A stretch of 64,000 bases of DNA, taken from NCBI GenBank assembly GCA_051599415.1, contig AP039689.1, forward strand, positions 558,001-622,000. The letters are read 5' to 3'. This DNA is from Savitreella phatthalungensis (lineage: Eukaryota). This document shows, piece by piece, positions 29,344 through 40,775 of this stretch (position 1 is the first letter of the stretch; every line of letters starts with the position of its first letter). A program made the translations under genes and the position numbers. The notes beneath the pieces were generated by a model, which worked only from the letters and a program-made list of their open reading frames with translations, did no database searches and was not told where the DNA came from.

Positions 29344-30418
29344 GGTCGCTGTCGTATGCTGTCAGTGCGGTAGGCTTGAGGTCGATGGAGAAGAGAACGA
29401 CTTCACTGCTCTGAAGTGCCAAACCAGGCGTCGAGCTTGGCAGAACTTGTTGAAGTCGAAGACCCATGGCGTTGCTCGTGGACCGTAAGAAAGACATAGT
29501 TTCTGGTCGACGACGGGTAGCAGCAAAAATCACGAGCGGCTGAGAATTGTCAAGCAATCGACGCAGGGTGCGCAAGACATCTTTGATGAGCTCGTCTTCG
29601 TAGGCCACATCTGCAGCGAGTACGACATCCCACTTCTTTCGCTCGAGAAGGCTATCTTGACCGAACTCCAACTTCTCCGCTGTGATAATGTGCTCGAGCA
29701 TGTTTCGTTCCGCTGTCAGTTTGAGTTTGGCCACCACGCTTGGCTCCCCGTCGGTAGCCGTGACGCTTGATGCCCCGAGCTTAGCACACACACATGTAAG
29801 CAGTCCAAGCCCGGCACCAAGCTCGAGGACACATTTGTCTTTAATAAGAGCAGGATCGCTTACGAGAAGATCAGTTAGGGACAAAGACGCCTCCCACGTC
29901 CTGTGGCCGGTGATTCCACCCGAGGTCAGGAGCCAAGGCTGCTCCTGTACAATTATGGAGTCGTCGTCTAGCCTAAGCGGATGGCGATTGTTGTAGAAGT
30001 ATCGAACGTCTTGCGGTGGACGAGTCTCGCATAGTTCTTCAATCTCATCTGGCGTCTGCGACAAAGTCGAGAACTCTTGCAGGAGCGGCTCGTTGTCCCT
30101 TGACATCTCAGTGTCTAGGAATGTTTCGTAGAAACGCTCGTCGAGCTCTTGAGCGGACCGTTCCAGAGCATCTATTATGATCTTGAGCATTTGCATTCTG
30201 AAGACAGATGGCGCTTTCAATCCATCGGGCCTGCAGAAAACATGCTCAAGCAATAATGCCTGTGCCCTATGATGACTGAGGCAATCTTTCAGAGCATGAG
30301 GAGAACGACATCGAAGATCGAGCAAATACCTTGGTGTCAACTGGAACGTCTGATTGCGCACTTTTCTTACGAAGCTCTCCACGCAAATATCAGAAAGCGG
30401 TTCATGCTCTTCTATCAT
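29312..30418 (-). CDS. EFM3: Protein-lysine methyltransferase, Efm3/EEF2KMT (FAM86)-like
   Basis: GITGHRTWEAS, VLELGAGLG, ATDG and LAADVAY motifs of seven-beta-strand family-16 methyltransferases. Confidence 0.78.
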   Translation of the reverse strand: MIEEHEPLSDICVESFVRKVRNQTFQLTPRYLLDLRCRSPHALKDCLSHHRAQALLLEHVFCRPDGLKAPSVFRMQMLKIIIDALERSAQELDERFYETFLDTEMSRDNEPLLQEFSTLSQTPDEIEELCETRPPQDVRYFYNNRHPLRLDDDSIIVQEQPWLLTSGGITGHRTWEASLSLTDLLVSDPALIKDKCVLELGAGLGLLTCVCAKLGASSVTATDGEPSVVAKLKLTAERNMLEHIITAEKLEFGQDSLLERKKWDVVLAADVAYEDELIKDVLRTLRRLLDNSQPLVIFAATRRRPETMSFLRSTSNAMGLRLQQVLPSSTPGLALQSSEVVLFSIDLKPTALTAYDSDLSCERLAIVP

Positions 30419-30551
30419 ACTATCGCCTCCGACTGCGGTGACGTCTTTGCAGTGGCAGTGGAGAGTCTGACAGACTGACTATTCGCCCTGCGCATCACAG
30501 ATGGCCTTGAAGAAATCCATGTCAGTTTCAGTCTACTCGATCATAATGCTG

Positions 30552-30617
30552 AATCCTCAGCCCAGCCCTACTTAAGGCTGGCTATCTACCTCCCAAGGCT
30601 ACCTCGGGCTGAGGATT
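30552..30617. repeat. 12-bp perfect inverted repeat enclosing a second hairpin
   Basis: aatcctcagccc (30552-30563) pairs with gggctgaggatt (30606-30617); inner ccagcc..ggctgg. Confidence 0.8.
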
Positions 30618-32128
30618 TGAGCCGGCTCCACGCTCGAACTGCGTCCAATGACGGCATAACCATTTAAATTCAGCTCTGATGACTAGCTAGCAACCTAATT
30701 TATATCACAAAACATATCCAGATGTAGATAGTCGATCGTGCATCTGTCCATGAAGACACGTAGTACTGTCGATTTCATGATCAAATTCCTGGTTGCATAG
30801 ATTGATTGATTATACATTCATCGATTCCATTCCACAAGCAATGTCAATTTTGGAGCTACGTGCTGTTTCGATTGGCGAAGCATACAGAGGCTGAGGGTGC
30901 AGAGGCTGAAGATACAGAGACTACACTTAGCTGGATGAGGATCCTATCGCTGACGCTTCATAAGACCATCCAGCTTGGCGACTTCTCAATTGTGGTGTAT
31001 GATCTGGGTCATCCGAGCGGTTTAGACCTAGTTATCCAAACTTGTTTGGTTCATCAATTTTTCTCAGTCCCCTTCTCGGTTATTCATTCTAGAATAGCAG
31101 TAAAGCAAAGGCTTGAAGTATCAGCTGACTGACTTGATTGCGCTGAGGGTCTTTAGTCGTTTTTCCGTGTAGACATGTACATTTCGAAGTGTGTCAGGGT
31201 GGTCATTTTGCAATCGGTGGTGAGTTTCGATGTTCAGACAGAAAGCTCAAATTCGACAGTTTCGACTGCTGAGTAACACTCAAAGAGTGGGTCAATCAGC
31301 AAAGTGCTCGGAACAGTCATACCGAGTGATCACCAAATTGGAGCGATTGAAAGCAATGATAGAGCAAGACTATAGATTCTATCGAGCGAGTACGTACTGC
31401 CTTCCGTGGCACGAATGAAATACGACTGTAAATTGCCAGCAATAGATGCACACGCGATGCTAGTCAAGGACGCGCTTTACGGTCTCCTCTTCAGCTCTGA
31501 CGCAGCCACCATCACAGCTCGCTAAACGGACAAAGAACACGTGCGGTTTCAGGCGATGACGCGCGGGCTCAATTGAAAATCCGGCCTACTCTGTCGAGTT
31601 GCATCATCAACGCCTGTGTGCTTTTATACATCGAGGTGGAACTATAAGCCACGAGATGGAGTCATCGACGCACTGATCATGGGAGAGTCGTCCTGAGACC
31701 AATGAATGAACGGGATCATGTCGACAAGGCTTTATCATTGCGTAAAGAAGCCAGTAACAAGCGAACTCGCTTGATCATGGACAATCGACGCACTGAGTTC
31801 AATTTCTGGGACCACTCAAATGTGAACTGGTCTGACCTGTACCGACGAGTCCAGCTGACAGCATATTCAGAGCCTCACAGCACGGTCCCATGGCGGAGAA
31901 ATCAATAGGATACACCAGTCTTCAAGGCGACACGGATGAGGCAGCATAAGCGCATCAGTATCAAACAGAAAGGCAGACTGGGTTCATGCTTTGAGAAACA
32001 GCGAATGAAGCAAGTTTTGTGTAGGCGCGGTCACGCAATGATCTGGTTGTTCAGTGCTATGTCTAGTCTGTACAGCCATGTGAAAACGTGCGAGCACAGG
32101 CCGACTCGCAAACAGAGCTGTGCTTGAT

Positions 32129-33142
32129 TCACAACCGTGCGCCGTTGGTGATTTGAACGACCTTAGCCAAACCGGACACCACATTTACAGCATCATCCTC
32201 AATACGAGCAACGAGGTCTGCACACGTGGGAATGTCGTCTATGAGGCCGACCGACTGACCGGCAGACCATACGCCGGCTTCCTTATCACCGGTCGTGTAA
32301 ACAGTCTTGCCACGTGCGCCTGACACCAGCGGCTGGACCTCCTTGAAGTCCGCCTTCGAGCCGCCTTGCTCCAGCGGACGGCGTTCGATTGCGACAACCT
32401 CCTGTGCGACGCGATTTTTGAAAATTCGTGCGGTGTTGCGGAAGGAACGGAGCATGAGAACTGTATCACGCTCAGTAGCTTTGACGATTTCATCCTTGAT
32501 TTGTTGATGAATGGGAGACTCTTGTGTGCACATGAAACGCGTCCCCATGTTGACACCTTGTGCACCCAAAGCAAGTGCAGCAGCGAGTCCACGGCCGTCC
32601 GCAAAGCCACCAGAGGCGATGTACGGGATTTTCAGTGCCTTAGATGATTTCGCCAGCAAAATCAGGCCTGTCACGTCGTCTTCACCCGGATGACCTGCGC
32701 ATTCGAAACCGTCGATAGAGAGACAGTCAACGCCGAGGCGTTCTGCGGACAGCGCATGTCTGATCGATGTGCACTTATGAATGACAACCACGCCAGCTTC
32801 CTTCAGAATCTTTATAACGGGCCCGGGGTTGTTGCCGGCCGTCTCCACGACCTTGATGCCCTCTTCAATCGCAATGCGAGCATAGGCCGGATAGTCCGGC
32901 GGCGTTATCGAGGGCAAAAGGGTAATGTTGACGCCGAAGGGCTTGGATGTCATAGTGCGACATCGACGAATCTCTTGTCGCAAGGCCTCCGGGTTTGGCT
33001 GCGTCAATGCTGTGAGTATCCCTAGGCCGCCCGCGTTTGAGACAGCACTAGCAAGCTCTGCGACGCCTACCCACTGCATGCCGCCTTGCACCACTGGTAC
33101 GCGAATGCCCAGCGTTCGAGTGATCCAGGTGTCAAAAGGCAT
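32129..33142 (-). CDS. Nitronate monooxygenase / FabK-like FMN oxidoreductase, C-terminal PTS1 ARL
   Basis: VVQGGMQWV, VSNAGGLG, PFGVN, DGFECAGHPG, IASGGFADGRGLAAALALGAQGVNMGTRF. Confidence 0.93.
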   Translation of the reverse strand: MPFDTWITRTLGIRVPVVQGGMQWVGVAELASAVSNAGGLGILTALTQPNPEALRQEIRRCRTMTSKPFGVNITLLPSITPPDYPAYARIAIEEGIKVVETAGNNPGPVIKILKEAGVVVIHKCTSIRHALSAERLGVDCLSIDGFECAGHPGEDDVTGLILLAKSSKALKIPYIASGGFADGRGLAAALALGAQGVNMGTRFMCTQESPIHQQIKDEIVKATERDTVLMLRSFRNTARIFKNRVAQEVVAIERRPLEQGGSKADFKEVQPLVSGARGKTVYTTGDKEAGVWSAGQSVGLIDDIPTCADLVARIEDDAVNVVSGLAKVVQITNGARL

Positions 33143-33693
33143 GGCTTTGTATGCAATCTCGAGAGTGTGCGCAGCAGATGTGTACTAAAGCCCACAAGGT
33201 TATTAGCCTGCAATGGGATATATGCGTCCAACAAGGATGGCTCTCGCTGTGTCTATATGAAGACACAAAGCGGTTTTTCAGGATGAGTGGAGAGAGTCGA
33301 CAAAGCTGTCGTCCTTGTGCTCGAAATTGACATAAAGGTATGACCTCGGACGTAGTTCTTCGCTGGGCTTAGATCGACCATAATGCCTGAAAGAGGTAGC
33401 ATTTGGGATCACACCTGGTGCTGGAGTTTCCCCGGCTCAAGAATTCTAAGATGTGAATTCAAGACTTTGCAGCCAGCATAGACTGGGCACGTCGAAGCGA
33501 TCGCGAGTCGTCTGAATTCAAAACGCCGAATTTTCGGCGAATGCTTCTCTTCCCGTCCCAAATGGTGTAGCAATTCGCGGGGCTGCACACATTATACCCG
33601 TACTGGCAACTGCCGGATCATGTGATACAGGTGTCTCCGAAAGTCAGTGAAATGCACACCAGCGGCATAGACTGACTCGATCTTGTTAAATAG

Positions 33694-33719
33694 CGCCCGG
33701 GCGTGTCGCCCGGGCGTGT
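33694..33719. repeat. Perfect 13-bp tandem duplication (cgcccgggcgtgt)2, each copy containing palindrome CGCCCGGGCG
   Basis: Direct reading in the divergent NMO/SUR2 intergenic region. Confidence 0.9.
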
Positions 33720-34969
33720 CGGCCAGGAGTTGGTTCCTCGTGGCCCGAACAGTCACGTGTGACAGAGGTATTTGGCGAGCGAGCTGAACTGGACAGCTCT
33801 GGCGCTTTCCATCACAAACCACGCAGACAAGCACAGAGCCCCGGTCGAGGTTGTAAAGGCACATTCGCGATCGATCTGTACAATCGACGGCTGACGGAAG
33901 CCATTTATATTCAGCCGCTCGTGATCTTGAAGTAAATTTGCGTGCATCTACGTGCTATTTACGTCTTCTACCTGTCAGCCTGGGCAACAGACGCTTTAGC
34001 CAGACTGACAAGCAGGGTTCTAATATTATTTTAGATCAGAACCTCACGCTTTCTCGAAGCACCGCGATAAGCAGAAATATGTTGTTTTAGCAGTGACGCA
34101 CAATGCGAACAGCATTGACTGCGATGCAGTAACGATTATCCGGAGGACACTTACCCAGCAGTCAGCTGCAGCGCATTCGATTTCCGTTGCCATTTCAAAT
34201 AACTATCGGGTCCTCGATCAGTTTGCCAATTGTGCATGTGAATCAAAATCATTAGTCGATCATATTTCCCCCCTGTCATTCCGGTAACTGTATCTCAGGT
34301 GGGATGGAAGGGCGGAATGCTGTCATACACCGTCCGGTGGTCACAACAATTATTTTGTAGTGGCAGCTTACGCGGACGAGTTCGTCATGACGAATCAGTG
34401 TAGTTCTAAGGTGAGAATCGCTCGCCTGCAGTAGCCATCAGACAAGTGATTGGTACACTAAATTAGGCACAATTTGGTCTCAAAGCCACACAAAGAGGGC
34501 GCAACATAGCTTCACCGCTACATTGTCTCTCCAGCAGAAATCGGCTTGCTATCGATGGCAGATCGATGTAGAAACATCACATTTCATGGTATTTGACTAC
34601 AAGATGCTCCTGAGCCAGTGGTCTGAAAAAGGAATCTTACCATGCGGAGCTAGCCTTTGTACTGGTGTGCGCGATAGCAAAATGTGTCAGAGCGCTGTCA
34701 AGTCGGAATAAGCGCTTGAAATTAGGCGAGTTACAATACACATTTACGTAACATAAGCAGCATCCCGAGCAAATGCATTGGAATATTTGCATCAGCACGA
34801 GCAGCATATAAATTAGCAGCAGCACAAGTTGAAAATCTGATTAATCACGCAAAACACTTCGTGACTACTTCGCTAGACATTCCGACGTCGAGCATATCTC
34901 CGGGAGCAGTGCCTCAGACGCTCTTGTGCTCGCTGACGTCGCTGAAAATTTCCCGCTGCAGTGTCCGCA

Positions 34970-36082
34970 ATGTGGGCGACACGCAACACGACAGCTACAT
35001 ACACATCCGCCGACTATGGCGATCAGTGGAAACCCCGACCTTTGATGCCCTTCATGGAGGATGCGACTCTTGCTCTAGTCGCTCCGGTCATCGTATACTG
35101 GACGATGTCGCTCCTTTTCCACTGGCTAGACGCAAGTGATTCGTTTGCTTCGCGTCGCATACACACTCCGCTCGAGCTCCGCTCTCGTAATAAGGTCACA
35201 TTGCACAAGGTGATTCGCGATGTCATCCTCCAGCAACTTGTGCAAACGATGGTCGGCGCAGGTCTGTCATACTTCGACAAGGAAGTCTATCACAATCCTC
35301 AAATCACCGTTGATCAAGTACTCAATTTGGTACCGGTGACTATCTCGGACAAGGCTGCTCGAGGCATCGCATTCATGCTGCTGCCCGCCATGCGCTTCCT
35401 CGGCGCAATCTTCATCCTTGACACATGGCAATACTGGCTGCATCGGGCAATGCATACGAACAAATTCCTTTATCGGCACTTCCACTCTCATCATCATCGC
35501 TTATATGTGCCGTATGCATTTGGGGCGCTCTACAACCATCCGTTAGAAGGTCTGATGCTTGACACCGTTGGTGCAGGTCTGGGGTATCTCCTGACAGGCA
35601 TGACTACACGCGAAAGCGTCTTTTTTTACGCATTTTCTACTGCCAAAACAGTCGACGATCATTGCGGCTATCTTCTGCCATTCGATCCGCTGCAGATATT
35701 TTTCAGCAATAATGCGCGATACCACGACATACACCACCAGTCCTACGGAATCAAGAAGAACTTCTCACAGCCGTATTTCACTTTTTGGGACAAGTTGTGT
35801 GGCACATACATGGATCCCATGGAGACCCCACGAGCACTGCGCCTCGCCAAGGAGGCAAACGGCACAGCGAAAATTTCAGCAGCTTCGGTGGATGAGAAAA
35901 CATCAACCACATCCGTCATCGGGGTCAATGGCACAAAGGGCGCTCGGCAGGGCAAAGGACCCAAGACTGAGGGGGCCCGCCGGCGGACAGTCATTGGTGA
36001 CGAGCAGAAGCAATACAACACAAGCGTTTTTACCAAGGACGAGGAAAAGGCTTTGCTTCGAGGTGAGACGATTGCCATGTAA
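34970..36082 (+). CDS. SUR2: Sphinganine C4-hydroxylase
   Basis: APVIVYW, DTWQYWLHRAMH, HSHHHRLYVPYAFGALYNHPLEG, KTVDDHCGY..PFDPLQ, HDIHHQ..GIKKNFSQPYFTFWD. Confidence 0.96.
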   Translation: MWATRNTTATYTSADYGDQWKPRPLMPFMEDATLALVAPVIVYWTMSLLFHWLDASDSFASRRIHTPLELRSRNKVTLHKVIRDVILQQLVQTMVGAGLSYFDKEVYHNPQITVDQVLNLVPVTISDKAARGIAFMLLPAMRFLGAIFILDTWQYWLHRAMHTNKFLYRHFHSHHHRLYVPYAFGALYNHPLEGLMLDTVGAGLGYLLTGMTTRESVFFYAFSTAKTVDDHCGYLLPFDPLQIFFSNNARYHDIHHQSYGIKKNFSQPYFTFWDKLCGTYMDPMETPRALRLAKEANGTAKISAASVDEKTSTTSVIGVNGTKGARQGKGPKTEGARRRTVIGDEQKQYNTSVFTKDEEKALLRGETIAM

Positions 36083-36354
36083 TTTCCATTGCGCTCCTAT
36101 GGTGCCAGCGCAGACAAGTTCCAGTACAACTCCGAATCACCTGTGATTCGGTAACGCGCGATCGTCTTCATTCATCATTTGCTTGTACCATTCCCGGCAC
36201 GACCCGCGCGGCACTGCGAGCTCAATCCTTGGAAAGTGGCTACTAGTGACTCGAGCGCGATGATTTTAAGTCGCAAATGATTTGGACTCTTCCGCAAGCG
36301 AACCCTCTGTCTTGCCGATTGCTTCGGTCTTGGCTGGCGCTAAAGAGGGCTGAG

Positions 36355-36570
36355 TCAGTGGCCTTCACGGGGAGGTCCGACAGGATTTAACTTACCAGAG
36401 GTTTCGGTCACCTTCTGACCTTTTGTCTGAGACACCTCGCCGCTCGATTCTGGAGTTCCGAGGAACTCCTTGCCACCCTTCAGCTCTGCCTCATTCGTGA
36501 GGCCATGCTCCGACAGACCATGCTCGTTGGTGAAATTCTTCTGAGCAACTGGAACTTGCTGTGAGGCCAT
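36355..36570 (-). CDS. Small hydrophilic G/E/K/S/T-rich protein (hydrophilin-like), 71 aa
   Basis: ATG in good context (acaacATGG), TATAAG about 45 bp upstream, no Cys/Trp, internal EHGL repeat. No family recognised. Confidence 0.6.
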   Translation of the reverse strand: MASQQVPVAQKNFTNEHGLSEHGLTNEAELKGGKEFLGTPESSGEVSQTKGQKVTETSGKLNPVGPPREGH

Positions 36571-36761
36571 GTTGTCGACTTAGTGTGTGGTGCATACGCA
36601 GACATGGATCTTATAAGGGCATCGATTTCGTATATGTGAGAGTCCGTGACATCACTGTTGCGCTTGACTGACGGTAGATAACCGGATCTAGATATGATTA
36701 GTCCCCGTACAGCGAACGAGTCGATGAATGCCGCAAGCAATTGTAGCACTTCAACCACTAT

Positions 36762-36805
36762 AAGAATTTCACAATAATCTCTAAAGAATTTCACGATAAT
36801 CTTTA
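36762..36805. repeat. 22-bp AT-rich tandem repeat x2 (20/22 identical)
   Basis: aagaatttcacaataatctcta followed by aagaatttcacgataatcttta. Confidence 0.88.
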
Positions 36806-37348
36806 AAATTCAGACGATTAAAAGTTAAAGGTCGAAGAGTTTAGTGCATCAGTCCGCCAATATATCTCTGAGGAATGGGAGAGGTTCAGATTATCTGGAG
36901 CTGTCGGTGGCACCCATTTCGAACTCGGTGATCATGGTCGCTGACGGACGAGGACGCACTAGAAAAAGACGTCCTGTTTACAAATATGAGGCTGGCAAAT
37001 TGCTGCTGCTGCTGCTGCTCCATTCGAGTATGCTCACCGATAATGAGCGGCAAGAAGCCCTGCATTCGCCGCAAACCTGAGTTGTGTTGCAAAACCTGAA
37101 CGCATGCTGTTTGATCGGGCTCAATTGAAATACAAAAGAAAGTTGACCGACTATTTCGCGATGCAGCACAGCAGAGATTTAAATTTGCGCACGACGTCTG
37201 TTTACAAACACGTTTCACGTGTTACCGCGGTGTTCTTATCCGACTCTTGTACTTCTAATCTTCCAGGCCGGTGGGGCTCGTCTCGCCTTACTGGGCCCAT
37301 TCTTTAGATCCTAGAAATCTCAACGCGACGAGTACACCGCGTCAAATC

Positions 37349-38077
37349 ATGTCGTCTGTCGCACGCAGAGCCCCGCGTCCCACGACGCCTCTACGACGTG
37401 TGGAACGAGGCAGTATTTCTGCACTGTCTAATTCGAGAGGACACGCCGGAAGCCACGACGATGACGCTCACGGCGGGGAAGCCTTGCCTCTAGAATCGCT
37501 TGACGCCGCTTTTGCCGACTTAGCTGACGCATTTGCCGATCTCAGCGCGAATATGGCACACATATGCGAACTTGGACAAGAGGTTGGTGCATTCAACGAG
37601 TCCTTCTCTTCCTTTCTATACGGACTCAACGTGAACGCCTTCTGCGTCGATTTTCCGGAAGCACCTGTCGCAGAATCTTATCGCCGTGCAGCTGAGCGCC
37701 GCGCATTCACGCAGCAGGGTGCCTGGACAGAGCTGCAGACCTCATTGGCCGACGGCCTCCGAGAAGCGAGATCATCTTCTGTAAATCAGGCTTCGGATGC
37801 TACCTTCATGACTACAGATGATTCTTTCGTTGAGCGACCACCTCCTCCGACAGTCACGGTGCAGCCGCAACAGCGGACGACGCAAGCGGGCACTGGCAGG
37901 AATATGGGTGCGAGCAATGGTAAAAGATCTGTGAGCGGACTGGGCGGCCATAAGCCAAGCTCATCAACGACGAATGGCACTCGTACTACGACGGACAGCT
38001 CTGTCCGGGACACGCGCGACAAACGTGTAGGCAGTGTCACGGCCGGCGTCACGAGAAGCTCCGTCAGAGGCCGCTGA
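37349..38077 (+). CDS. DAM1: DASH/Dam1 kinetochore complex subunit Dam1
   Basis: RPTTPLRR..RGS, FADLADAFADLSANM, FNESFSSFLYGLNVNAFCVDFPEAP..ESY, DATFMTTDDSFV. ATG at 37349. Confidence 0.95.
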   Translation: MSSVARRAPRPTTPLRRVERGSISALSNSRGHAGSHDDDAHGGEALPLESLDAAFADLADAFADLSANMAHICELGQEVGAFNESFSSFLYGLNVNAFCVDFPEAPVAESYRRAAERRAFTQQGAWTELQTSLADGLREARSSSVNQASDATFMTTDDSFVERPPPPTVTVQPQQRTTQAGTGRNMGASNGKRSVSGLGGHKPSSSTTNGTRTTTDSSVRDTRDKRVGSVTAGVTRSSVRGR

Positions 38078-38222
38078 GGCTTACCATAATGCCTTCTTGT
38101 TCCGGCGGCCTCGGCACACATCTTCACTGTAAATCATTACCACTTCATTGAGCCACTTCTAATCCACGTGAAGACACGTGATGGTGTCTGTAAAGGTGGG
38201 CTCATTAAGAAGATCTACAGAG

Positions 38223-40775
38223 TCATCTTCGTAATCCACGACGGGCACTGTTCACAGGACTCCGGAATCCGTCATTATCTTCGTCTTCGTCATCATCGTC
38301 ATAGACTTCGTGATCGCCGCCAGGAGTATTGTCGTCCTTGTCGTAACTGACATTTTGTGGCTCTCGAAACGGCCGTGTTGCCGAGGCGGTCGAGGCCCCC
38401 GTCGTATTCGGATTCGATCCAGTGATTTGAAGTCGCGGTCGAATTGTCTGAGCACTGTAGTTTTGTTGAACTCGGCTTGACCTTACGTGATGCAGGGTAG
38501 TGGCACTGCTTCGACCAGCGCCTCGAACAGCTAAGCGGTTGCCTTTTCGCGTTGGATCCATGAACTCATCATCCTGATCCACACCCGCTGTTTCATCGGC
38601 AGGGCCCTCTGTCGCCTCGCGAATGAGAACGGGAGCGCGGAAGCCTTCGTCACTCTCTTCAATTTCGTCATCCTCCGATTCCCCCTCGAAACTGATCTGT
38701 GCAGCAGGCCGCCGAGCTCGTGGTGCTCGGCCGTCTGAGCCGTTAAGCCCAACTTCACTGATTCCTGCTTTTTTACTAGCTCGACTTCCAGGATTCTGCG
38801 CCGGAGCTCGAGACCTTGAGCCATTAGCAGCAATCGTGGTCCCATCAGAACCCTCGCTTCTGTTGCTGCCGTATTGATTTTGTCGGCCTTCTACCTGCGT
38901 GCGTCTGTCAGGACGCTCTGCAATCAAAGTGTCATGCCCAGATCTGGCCGACCTGCGTGCTGCAACAGGACGCGTCGTGCTGTCTTCATCACTCTCGGAG
39001 AAGTCCGACACACGAGCGTCGTCTCGGATGGATTGTTGCTGTCGTTTGATCTGTCGTGCCTGCGCTCCCTGAGCCGCGAGGAATTCCTTGGTCTTATGAA
39101 GCTCTTCATCTATATGTCTTTCGTCGGCTTTGTTGCGAACCAGCATATTGACCTGCGCTTTGAGGTGCTCGGTGAGAAATGCTTTGACAGCGTGGGACTC
39201 GCCCTTGTCAATGAAGTGCGTTACTGCCTCCTCCAGCTCGTTCTCTGGCAAGCACTTTAATTTCGTGCCCTCAAGATATTGCTTGACGAGCGCCGAAACT
39301 TGCAAACTGTCCAATCGTACCTCCGATAGATCCGGCTGGTGGCCTGCATCCACCTTGCCCCGTCGCGCTGCCGCTTTCTTCCGCTGATGCAGCTGAAGAA
39401 TGTCGTTGGCATTGGCAACCCTGCCAACAAACCGCTGTGAGAATCTCTGTGGGTTTTCTACTTCATAATTTTCACCGCCGGGAGCGGAATAATCAACTCG
39501 TAGACGGATGAGTGGCAAAGGAGGTACTTGATTCGGATCGACATTGCCGCATTGTAGGCTACGCCACTGCTGATGTGCTTCGTCGATTGCTTCATTCACT
39601 TGCTCCATTAAGAACTCGATGATGAGGGATTTGATGTTTGGATGTCTGGGGTCAAGGTGTTCGGCCGCCGCCAGAGATATGTCGCGCAATACAAATGGTC
39701 GAACAGTCTTGAGAGGTATCTTATTGATATTCCACTCACGATCGCGGACGCTCAACACTGCGACATGCTTCTGGACTGACTCGCCGGCCGACAACGCAGT
39801 GGCCACAGATGAACCCGGCTGGCAAACGTAGAAGTCCTGCTCCGTATTGAGGATCGGATCAATGCAGCATTCATGCTCATGCCCCCATACGACGAAATCG
39901 AAAAAGTTCTGGAGGAAGTTTTCCGGCAAGTAACTTGTCTCCGTGTGACCGAAATGATTCTGATGGACGGCAAGAAGATTGAACCACTCGTCTTGGTAAA
40001 GCTCAGGTCTTAGAAATCGAACTTGGTCTTGCCTAAAGGAACGATAAAGGCGCTCGTCGCGTATGTTACTTAGGCCAAAGAGCGCTAGCTTGGTTGTTCC
40101 TTTCTGCAGGAGAACTGGCTTGACGGTAATGACATTTGATTCCGGCACGCGACCGAAATAGTTGACGAGTCGAGCAGCCTGTAGAATATCCAAGGCGCAC
40201 AAATGTCCCTCTCCAGATGGGTCGTCGTGATTGCCGTGGATGGAGAAGACCGGAATCGAGACATTGATGTCATGGTCTTCGTAATTGATGCGCATCAGTG
40301 GGTTGTCCTCGACCGCGACGCCCTGATCTCCGAGTACCTCGAGCTCGCAGGGCTTGTCACCGAGGCAATTGAGTCGAAGTGCTTTCATTGTCTCGTACAT
40401 TGATTTGCGAGACGGTTTGTTGTCATGGAAAAGGTCGCCAGCGAGGAGGATCATATCGACGTCCTCCTGCCGAGCGATGTGCATGATCTCTCGGAAGGTG
40501 ACGAAGGAATCGTCGCCGCGGACCGGATCTCGCTCATTATAACCAATGTGGTTATCTGTTGCAATGAGGATCCGGATTGTCGATTCTCTGGCTGATTCTT
40601 CATTATTGATGCCATGTTGTCTTTGGTCGTTATTGGTGGACGAATGCCGACGATCGCCAGTCGGTGATTCCGTTAGCAGACTGCTTGTTTCAGAAGCCGA
40701 AGGATGATGATCGCCTTGGGGGTCTCTCGGAATTGACGATGGATTCGTAACTTTCTTCCTCTTGCGCGGCGGCAT
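38223..40775 (-). CDS. MRE11: Double-strand break repair nuclease Mre11
   Basis: All phosphoesterase motifs present: ATDNHIG, GDLFHDNKPS, IHGNHDDP, VHQNH, WGHEHEC, QPGSSVAT; also LPLIRLRVDY and NPQRFSQRFVGRVAN. Confidence 0.98.
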   Translation of the reverse strand: MPPRKRKKVTNPSSIPRDPQGDHHPSASETSSLLTESPTGDRRHSSTNNDQRQHGINNEESARESTIRILIATDNHIGYNERDPVRGDDSFVTFREIMHIARQEDVDMILLAGDLFHDNKPSRKSMYETMKALRLNCLGDKPCELEVLGDQGVAVEDNPLMRINYEDHDINVSIPVFSIHGNHDDPSGEGHLCALDILQAARLVNYFGRVPESNVITVKPVLLQKGTTKLALFGLSNIRDERLYRSFRQDQVRFLRPELYQDEWFNLLAVHQNHFGHTETSYLPENFLQNFFDFVVWGHEHECCIDPILNTEQDFYVCQPGSSVATALSAGESVQKHVAVLSVRDREWNINKIPLKTVRPFVLRDISLAAAEHLDPRHPNIKSLIIEFLMEQVNEAIDEAHQQWRSLQCGNVDPNQVPPLPLIRLRVDYSAPGGENYEVENPQRFSQRFVGRVANANDILQLHQRKKAAARRGKVDAGHQPDLSEVRLDSLQVSALVKQYLEGTKLKCLPENELEEAVTHFIDKGESHAVKAFLTEHLKAQVNMLVRNKADERHIDEELHKTKEFLAAQGAQARQIKRQQQSIRDDARVSDFSESDEDSTTRPVAARRSARSGHDTLIAERPDRRTQVEGRQNQYGSNRSEGSDGTTIAANGSRSRAPAQNPGSRASKKAGISEVGLNGSDGRAPRARRPAAQISFEGESEDDEIEESDEGFRAPVLIREATEGPADETAGVDQDDEFMDPTRKGNRLAVRGAGRSSATTLHHVRSSRVQQNYSAQTIRPRLQITGSNPNTTGASTASATRPFREPQNVSYDKDDNTPGGDHEVYDDDDEDEDNDGFRSPVNSARRGLRR

